The notes under the pieces: model-generated
What the model saw: the letters and a program-made list of their open reading frames with translations, nothing else
Told to the model about the DNA's origin: nothing
Databases searched by the model: none
In this document: piece after piece, positions 1 through 10,100 of the stretch
How the letters are laid out: each line of letters starts with the position of its first letter
Numbering within the stretch: the first letter of the stretch is position 1
Translations under genes and position numbers: made by a program
Origin: Candidatus Omnitrophota bacterium
GTDB taxonomy: Bacteria > Omnitrophota > Gorgyraeia > Tantalellales > Tantalellaceae
DNA length: 64,000 nucleotides
NCBI GenBank assembly: GCA_015231405.1
Contig: JADGBR010000003.1
Span: 29,549-93,548, forward strand
Direction of reading: 5' to 3'

Positions 1-2
1 AG

Positions 3-1100
3 GTGTACGACGATATTCATACGAGGGGGGTCAGGGACCTAAGGGACATCATCGTCGATAATATGCCGCCGGCAGAAGCGGAGGCGTATTTCCTGGACAG
101 TATAGAAAACGTTGCCAGGCAAAGCTTTTCGGACGGGGTGAGGGAAGTGGAGCTGAGATTTAACCCGTTCAAGGAAATGCTTTATACCGATCCCCTGACG
201 GGCGCAAAAGCCGATATCGGGAGCTATGGGATCATCCTTGACGATCTTCTCCGTAAACTTGACGATCGACTCTCGAAGCTTGAGGCTGAAGCCGATAAGG
301 TATTCGGGAAAGACAAAGGCCCGCACAGGGTTGTCTTTATGTTCTCGATAGGAAGGGACAGGCTCGAGGGTGACAGGTTTGTGAAAGGAGAATGGGAGAG
401 AAAATTCGCGATATTATCAGACCTGAAGGAGAAGTACGGGTTCGCGGCTTTTTACGGTGAAAGGTTGTCCGGTGTGGATATAGCCGGTATCGAGCCTTTC
501 GGTAAGGAACAAGGAGATACCCGGGAGACGATATCCGAAAGGGTCAGGGAAAGATTCCATCTTGATCAAATGGCGGTGATACTGAAGCGTCTTAAGGATG
601 CAGGGTACGCGATAACCACGCACCTTGGCTGCAGGTACGGCTCGAGCCCGAGGGACGACGTCATGGGGCACGCCGCCTTTGTCAAGGCCCACCTTGACGC
701 GTGGGGAGATGTCCTTGACAGGGTGGGGCACGGGAAAATATTTACGACCGGCAAGGTCTATTCCGAGAGCGTGGACGGCGCGGATTCGAAGTGGGCCGCG
801 TATGACGAGGCGACGGCCAAAGCGCTCGTTAAAGAGCTTAGGATGAAGGGTATTGCCATTGAGACATGTCCGCAGAAACTTGAGTCGCGGAGCGTTTACC
901 GCATGATGAGAGATCTCCCGAACGTTTCATGGATCGAAAAAGGCGTTAAGGTCGTATACGGGACGGACGGCTCTTACCTGAGCGGCGGGTGCACTCTGTC
1001 GCAGTGGATAACAAGGCTCATGCTGTCGTTCCCCGCCTCCGGAAGAAAATATTTCGGCACCGGCGACATGATGGAAACCGTATCAAGCGTGAAAAAATCC
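3..1100 (+). other. Adenosine/AMP-deaminase-like (metal-dependent amidohydrolase) domain, N-terminally truncated by the window edge.
   Basis: The motifs VREVELRFNPF, ITTHLGC, LDRVGHG, IETCPQKLESRS and VVYGTDGSY match the A_deaminase signature blocks (VEVRF, HAGE-like, RIGHG, CPxSN, TDDP). Confidence 0.6.
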
Positions 1101-4100
1101 GCGGATATTGAGGAGAATATAAACAAGTACTCCGCCGCGGCGTGGGAACATTTTTACAAGGCGGACAGGGAAGGAACTGGCACGGCACTTCTGGTGACTC
1201 CCAACGAATTTCTCAGGAAGACGATCGCTCTGTCGGGGGGTCTGCTGGAGATCAAAGACCCGTATTACATGAGGATGGTCTGCCGCCGAGTGGAAGAGAT
1301 CAGGGAAAAGAATTCGGCGGGGCTGCTTAATGAGCTCTCTGTATCTACGGGCCAGATGAGGGAACAGGTTTCAGAGAGGGCCAGGGGGTATCTGGAGAAA
1401 GGAGAACGAAAGTTCACCGCCGAACAGATCCTAAAGGATTACGAAAGGGTGATAAACAACCTTTTCATACTCCAGTCGGCCTTAATGTATCCCAAAGCCA
1501 TGCTGTGGATATTCCAGTCGTTGTACAGGGAGATGGAGGAGTTCAGACTGAAAAGCGAGTCGGAGAAAAAAGAGACGCCGTTCCTTATCCTCATATCCGC
1601 GACTGATCGTATCGAGTCGCTACGGAACTTTTTCCAAAGCCTTGTTGAGGAGGTAGATACTTTCAATTACGGCCTTACGCTCGAGCTTGGCGGGGACGGC
1701 TCTATCGTCAAGCGGACGGATAAGGTAACGGTCGCTATCATAGAGAACAGCTCTGACCCTCTAGTAGCGGTCCAGAACAGGGAACTTATAGCCGAATACC
1801 GGAATAAAGGGTTAAGGATCGTATATTACGGAGCCGATGAGAAGGTGAAAATAGTTGAAATGATACGAAAAAGGGAAGGGGAGAAAAGCCTTTATTACAG
1901 GTTCGGCATAACGCCGGAAGATCTCGGCCGGGACAAGGTGAAGGCCGTCACCGCCGGGATCAAGAACGCGGGATACAACGCCACGAGGAACTTTTCATTC
2001 GAGGTCGCCCGGGAATGTTTCTCGACCATGCCCGACGATTCCGTGTCGGTGCTCATCGACGATGACGAGATGCTTAATTCGCTCCTCGTGAGCGATGAAG
2101 AAGGAGTGAAGATCGAAAGGCCGTTCAGTTTTTTCCATAACGCCGACAGGTATTACAAGGACCCGGTCCTTGAAGTCCTTTCCGGGAATATCAGCGGTGA
2201 CCCGGCCATAGGCGTCGCCGAGATGCTTCACGGCAACCTGCGTGATCTGAAGGAGTTCCTTGAAAGGACCGCGCTAATGGCCCCGGGAGACGATTATACC
2301 AGAAAAATGTTCGAAGGCGCTTCCCAGGAGCTTTCGGAGAACGTGATGATCGAAAATTTTAACGATTACGGGCAACGGGCCACGTGGAGCGGAAAATCTC
2401 CGATGAGGAGAGGATGGGCTTTTCCCAGGGTGCCGCGGGAAGGCGAAGAACGGACCGTTGGGGCGCAGTTCAGGGCTTTCGCGGATGCGGCCGACCAGAT
2501 GTTCTTCGGGCACCAGGAGACGAGGCCCATAGGGTATTCGCCCGACAGCTACATGACAGACAGCGACAACGCGGTCGTACCTAAAATGGTTTGGTCATTT
2601 TTCGGAACGGGCGGGAACCTGATGCTCAGCAAGAAGCTTATCAATTACGCCGATATGACATGCATGCCAACCGGGAAATGGCGCAGGGAAGACGTCATGC
2701 TCGAGAAGCTTATCGAGGTGTTCTACACACCCGTTAACATGACTTTTCTCCCCGTCAGGCATTCAAGGCTTAAAACAGGGCACAGGATGGGGATAACCCG
2801 GAGAGATACCGGCGAACTGAGCTTCGTCCGGTTCCTGGGGAGCGCATATCACGGTTATATTTTCCAGCGGTTCGTCGAGAGGATATTCGATCTGGAGTAT
2901 ATTGGGTCAATGGAGGATTTTATAAGAGTGGCGACGAAGGCCTCGCTCGGGGAATACCCGGGATTTATGGAATGGTATCTCTCCGTCAAAAAGAGGAGAT
3001 ACGAGAACCTTAAACAATATCTGTCCGACCTTAAAGACATGGCTTTGGAAATGAGGGCGAAAGGGTTCTTCACGGAAAAAAAATACTGGTGGAACAACGA
3101 CCCTTCATACGCCCAGTCCGTGAGGGAGATGGAGATCATCGTGGACTCGATCATAGCCGATATGGACCCGGCCGGAAAAGACTACAGCGAGATGTTCGCT
3201 GAGCTACACAAAAAAACTGAGGACACTACCCTTGCCGACGAACGGAAGGTCGTTGACGAGATGAGAGAGTCGTACCCGCATATGCGCAATTACATGAGGG
3301 AACATCCGTATTCATATACCGACCTTAAAAGGACGGAAGAGATACTTTACAGGAGGTCGGCCAAGGCCGGCGTGAGGACGGTACAGGTCACGATCATGAA
3401 CGAGGCCGGCAGGATGGAACGGATAAGGTTACCGCTACATCTTCGCGGCGCGAGCCGTCTCATAAGCGTTTATATCGCGTCTTCCGTATATAACTTCCTC
3501 GTCCGAAACGGCGCCGGTGAAAAGATCTATATAGCCTGTGATGACGAGCAGGAAGCCAGAGGCGTGGTCAAAAGGGTCAAGAAAACGCTGGAGATATCAG
3601 GCCTCGATTTTACCGTAAGGGGCAACTATAACGTTAAGCTTGTTCCTGCCAGGCGCCGTGATCTAGCTGGGATAAGAGAGGAAGAGAGAACCAGGGAACG
3701 GGAACGCGGCCGTATTTTAAAGAACAGGAAACTCAAGGCCCCGGAAAAAGGCGTGTTCATGTGCCTGGACCTCGGGAAATCCTCGGCAAAGATACTGGTG
3801 CATGACGGGAACGCCGTGGTATATAGCGGAAAGAAGGAAGGGTCATTTTATTATAAACGTACTCCCGGTGACATAAAAAGAGAGATCGGCGTTATTGTAG
3901 ACGAAACTCTTACCGCCCTGGGATATGGTAGAGACAGTTTGAGGGGAGTAACTGTCCTTGTTCCCGATATCGTAGACAAGGCCGGGAATAAAGCCCTGTA
4001 CCTGAAAGGGGAAGACCTTCCGTTCCCGGCCATTGTCAGGCACGATTCCGAGGGGCACGCCGCTTATTTCAGGAATAAAGGCCTGGATAACTTTTATCTC

Positions 4101-7100
4101 CTCGCTTTGGGCACACACCCCGGCACGCAGGCCGTAATATTCGGTAAAACAGCGGATGAGCCGATGGAGATGTCGAGGTCGGTGGTATGTATAGACGGAA
4201 GGGAAAAGCCTGTCGAGCTCCGGGAGCTCTTGTCGACCCAGGCGGTGCTTGAGGAGGGCTTGTTCAAGGGCATTATCGACCATGCCGATAACGAGAGAAA
4301 GGACGAAGCGTTCGCCATCATGGCCCAAAAGGCGGAGGAAGGCGACGAGAGGGCATTATCTCTCCTTAACTATCTGGGTGAATACACGGCTATTCATCTA
4401 GTGAACATGGTGAGGCATATACGCTTCGATAAGGTTGTGTTTTCCGGAGGGATGTGCCGCGGGAAATTCGGTGAAATGCTGGCCGAGAATACCATGAGGT
4501 CGCTTAAAACGAGAGGTTTCGGATGGATAAAGCCGGTCCTCATGGGGGATGAGGATATGCAGCTGGCAGGGGCTCTTGGCGGGATATCTCTGGCCGAAGA
4601 ATACTGGATCGGGCCGGACGAGGACGCGAGGCGGCTCAAGGTATATCACAAGATGATCCTGTCGCTTAAGGACGACGGGGACGCGAGCAAATGGAAAGAT
4701 GTTTTTGACAGGTTCAAGGAAGAAAGCGGCGCAAAGCCCGGTGATTTCGAAAAGGTCAGGATGTGTTTTGAGCGGGATGGGGGTAAATATAACGAATTTA
4801 TTTTCCATCTGCCTTTGAAGATGGCCGGCGCCGAGAGGGAGATAGCCGCGAGATATCTATCCAGCTGGATCAATAAGTTCATCGTGTCCAGGGCCGCTAA
4901 GAAGGTAGTAATAGATACAGCGATAGAGGGCATGTTCAAAGAGATAGAAACGTCTTTCGATGCGGAGTATAACGACCCTAATTCGCAGGTGAGCCTTGCC
5001 AGGACGGTCGGCGAATACTGGGATTCAGGGTCGTTCAGGCTGGAACAATACGCCCAAGGGACAGACCTCGATATAGAGCCTTACATAATGGAAAAAGAGA
5101 CGGCCCTGAAACGCGATACGGCGATCAACAGGTCCGTTAAGGCCATCGGCATTAATGTAGGTAAATACAGGATAAAGATAAGCGTAGTCGAGATCATGGG
5201 GCAGGGGAGATATAAGCATATAGGTAAGATAAAGGACTTCAATACCTGGGAAAAAACGGATGACCGCTCCAGTTTCGATACGCTGTACACAAAGCTGATA
5301 AAAGGGGTAAGGGAAGTCCTGGCAGAGAACGGGCTTTCGGAAAGCGACGTTGACGGCATTGGGATAGCGGCCGCGACAGCCGTAAAGAACGGCCAGCCGC
5401 TTGGGCGTCCCATGGGATTCGCAAGGGGTTTTAACCGTGAGGCGGAGCTCGCCAAGCTCAAGGGCCTTAGAGCGAAGATGTCGGAAGATCTTAGCGGCCT
5501 ACCCGTATTCGTCCGGCACGACGGCGATGTCGAATGCCTAGGCATGGCCCGGTCAAAGGGGATAAGGAATCTTCTAGTGATGAAGTGCGGCAACACTCCG
5601 GGCGTAGGTTTCGTCGAGAATGACGGTAACCTGGCTGAGGGACTGAACGAGTTCGGAAAAGTGGTTACCGATATGGGGCGTGACGCCCTCGCCCACGATA
5701 AGACGGGTGTTAAAGGTGAGGTTGCCAGCTATACCGCGTGGGATGGTACATGCAAGGTGGCGAAAAAGATGGGTCTTTACGAAAAATATAATTTCGGGCC
5801 GGAAGATCCGGTGCCAGGGATTTTACAAGGATGGCTGAACTTGAGGACAGATTCGACTTTTAGCGAGCGTGAGGACGCGCGGAAAGTGTTCCTTCAAAGC
5901 GGAAGGGAAACCGGCAAGTTCGTTGTCGAGATGCTCGACCTGTATCCGATAGAGCATATAGGCGTGTCGGGTGGAGTATATTTCGGCGAGTCCGGAAAAG
6001 CCATGAAAGCCGGCATAGAGGAAATATTCAAGGAGAGCGGTCTCCTTGGAAAGATAAATATCATCATAGACAATTACGATATGGAAAAAATGAAATATAA
6101 CGTGACGCTCGGCGGCGCTTATCTCGTATATGACGCCGTAACGCTCGGCGACGGGGAGATCAAAGCGAAGGATTTGGACCACGCTTCGAGGCTTTTCGGG
6201 ATATCGCCGCGCATACTGAAGCTCAAGGCCCGGATAGCAGAATGGAAATGGGGTGGGAGGACCCGGACGGACGGAAGGCCGTCGGCGATAAGGGAACTTC
6301 TCGGCGAGAGCGCGTCGGACGAGCCCGCTGCCGAAGCCTGGTACGGGGCGCATCCCAAACTTCCAAGCCCGGTCGAGATATTCGGTTTAGATACGACTCT
6401 GGATAAGGTCATGGAACGCGTGTACGAGGTGGTGCTGGGCCCGGAAGTCGTCAAGAGGTTCGGCAAGGTTATGCCCATAATGTTCAAGTTCCTGGACGCG
6501 GCCGAATCCCTATCGATACAGTGCCATCCCGGGAAAGAACAAGCCAGGAGGCTCGCGAGGGAGCGCCCGGGAGTGTACGACGAATTCAATAAGCCTGAGG
6601 CTTTTGTCGCCTGTACTGATGAAGGTTTCAGCTCGCTCGGAGGGGTCCTCCCCATCGACGATTTTATAAAGGTCCTCAAATCTCATTTTCCTGATATCGA
6701 GACAGACTATGCCGCCGAAAAAGATAAAGCGGGATACGACCCCGCTCTATTCGTGAAGAAATACGTAAAGCTCGTGCTGGATAAAGGGAACGGGTTCGCG
6801 GACATAGTGATGCCCGAGCTTCTTAATCAGTATAACGCCAAGAACGGGGAGGTGCTGTACTCGCATGACGGCCATGTTAACGCGCTACTCTCCGGTTTTA
6901 TAGCGGAGATAGAGACGAATTCGGATAACACTTTACGCGCCGCCAAGACAGTGAAGGAAAGGGATATACCAAATTTCCTCGAGGCGGCGGACCTGACCCC
7001 GGCGAGGGAAGAGCTCAGAAAATTCAGGGAGACTGACGATCCGGCGGTAAAGAGCTGCATAACGACCGAAGCTTTCGCGCTGGACCTCGTGAGCCCGGGA

Positions 7101-10100
7101 GAGAACGGGGAAGTCGTCGTAAAGACGAGGGATAGTTTTCATCTTCTGGTGGTTTTTAAAGGCTCTGTGATCATAAGGGGTCCGGACGGGCGGGATATTA
7201 AACTCGAGCGCGGCGAAGCATGCCTTATTCCGGCATTCTTCGAGGAATTCAGGATATTATCCGAAGGGGGAGCGGAAGTTTTCGATTCGTTCGTCCCTGT
7301 AATGGCGAGGAAGGGTATAAACAGGCTCAGCGTTTCGCGAATGCCGGAAGAGGCACATGCGGGATCTCCGGAAGGACAGAGCAATGAGAAGTCCGAGATC
7401 ATGGAGATCGGGAACTGTTTTGAGATAGGGAAGACAGGCAATATGAGGTACGACAAGGCCATGAGCGAAGCCTGCTATGAAATGCGGGAAAGAAGATATA
7501 TTTCAGGCGAACAGTGGAAAAAGGCGGTTGGCTCGGGAGGTGTATCAATCGAAATAGTTCCAGGCCTGGACAACAGGCTTTCAGATATCGTCGAAAAGGA
7601 AGGGAAAAAGGTCATCCTCATTAACAAGGATGTTATGGATTCGGACAGGATCTCGGACGAGGACCTCCGGGTAATTCTCATGTTCGTACTCTCGAGCGCG
7701 ATAGACAGGATAACATTCGGGCTTTTCGCGGAAGATATAAGGCTGCTTGTCCCGTCCGGTGAATCGGAGGTGATGATACTTCTCAGGGATATGGAAAGGC
7801 TCTGGTATAACGGGCGCGGAGGAGAGAATGACAGGAATATATTCCTGAATATTGTCAGGCGCCTGGACACAAACTACTCTTTCCTTTATTACAACACAAG
7901 TTACGCTCTGCTTGCCGAGGGGTTCGAGGCCTATAAGGTCAATCCCCAGGGCCGGCCCGGTTGGTTAAAACTGATCAAAAAATATATCGAGGACAACGCA
8001 GGCGATGGAAAGACTTACAAATATGACGTTTATGACAGGGAAGTGGCCAGTTTCAAAGCTTCGGATTTCTTCGCCCTCAGACGGTGGTTCCGGGGGTATT
8101 ATTTTTACTGGGCGAACGCGGTGGACGAGCGCGATCCGGGAACCGGGATCAATTTTATTTTTGACAGGGCCCAAGATCCGGAGTTCCCGCTCACTCCTCA
8201 TTCGGCCATCATACAGGCCTTGAAACAGCCGGTCGAGAGCCGCGAAACCGCCAGAGCGATGGGAGATAAGGACGACGGCAAAAAAAGAACTTTTCTCGAG
8301 GATACGCTCCTTGCCCTTCACGATTGGGACGATATTGACATGGAGAGGATAGACCGTGTGTATATAAGGTATCTCAAATCCGGGACTTTCAAGGAGGTTT
8401 ATTACGTGCAGGTCATTTTGAAGGATGACTTCGCTAAACCGCTCGAGTTCGCGCTTCTTGTCCCCAGGGAGACCGTCCTCAGGGCAGGATACGATATCTG
8501 TATTTCCCCGTGGGAAATAGACAAGTTAGAAGAGCTTAATAAACATGACAGCGCGCTCGTCCCGAAGCCCGGGTCCCGTGTCACGACGCTCAGTTTTCAT
8601 GACGAGGGGAAAAAACCTTTCTGGCAGAGGCGGGATATGTACAGCATGCAGTATGCCGGGAGGGACACGGTCGGCCTCCTGGACCTTTACGACCTCGAGG
8701 ACGATTCTAAAATACAGGTCCTACGGGACGTCGTCTCGAAATACATCATCCTTTGGCACAGGAACGGCGGTTACGAGTTCATATGCGACCCCACGAACGA
8801 GAATGTCTGTTTCCTCGACTGGGACGGCCGGATAGTGGATATGGGAGCTCCGACCTACGATTACGATATCGTATTCATAATGAGATATCTCTGGGAAAGG
8901 ATATGTTTCGATTCTGACGGGAGATCGTTATTCAGCTATGGGAAAGACAGAGACGAAGGTAAAGAGCGTATACCTGACAGGAGTTTTATCTTTGACGGCG
9001 TCGTAGACGCGTTTGTGCAGTCAAGGAAAGGGGAGGAGGTCGAGGAGGCAGTTACCGCCGGGATAAGGTTTCTCCAGAGGGTCAGGAACTATCCGTCTGT
9101 GGAACTCCCGGAAGAATTCAAGGAAGCCTTGGACGAATATCTTGCGAAATATGGAACTAAGAAACTTGATTATAAGATTCCGGAGCGTATAGAGTATAAG
9201 CCGCTTTCGGAGGTCAACTGGGATGTGGTGGATAAGCTCTGGCGCGAAACTGTCCCGGATAAAGGCTTCCAGCCGAACGCGGTATCCTATTTCGATTTTC
9301 TGGGAGTGAATTACATGGCGAAGAGTTTTATGAGGGCCATAGCGACGAGGGGTTTTCCCTTGCCGGATGTGAATTTTACGGTCCAAGATCTCATCCCGGA
9401 ACAGGAAAACGCCATCCTTGAGCATATGGAATTCCGTTTCAAGAGGGATATGATAACCCCGGACAGGTTGACGCTATTATTTCTCAAATCACTGGCCCTT
9501 AAATATGAGGGTTCGGGCGGCGAAAACATCATTGAGCTTGGTATAAACAACTCCGACCAGTATCTCCGGATCATTAAAAAACTCCAGAAAATAGCAGGCG
9601 GCCGCTTTACGATGAAGGGGGAGAGAAAGGGGTTAAGGGACAAAGCTGGCCTTGAGAAGATACTGGGTATATCCAAACTGAATACCATAGAGAACATCCT
9701 TACAGGCGCGAACCCGAAAGTGATCGTCATTGATGATAAGATATGGTCATCGCTGTCAGGGGACGGACTAAAAGAGGCTTTCACGATACTGAACGATCTT
9801 TTGGGAAAAGAAAGGAGAGTTGTCATAACGTCGGAGCATTCGATAGGGTCGCTCCTTAACCGTTATGTGAAAGGCACGGGCTTGAAAAAAGAGATGTACG
9901 ATAAATTGTCCTTTATCGCCAGGAACGGCAAGGAATTTTCGCGGTACGCTAAGGGGGAGAACGGGGACCCAGGGACATGGAGCGTGGAGGAAGGCATAGG
10001 GTTCGGGAGCGCTGAAATAATGGCTAAGATAAGCATGGAGACGGGCCTGCCTCTCTGGAGTTTCCTCTGCATAGGCGACAAATGGAGCGTTCCCATGGCG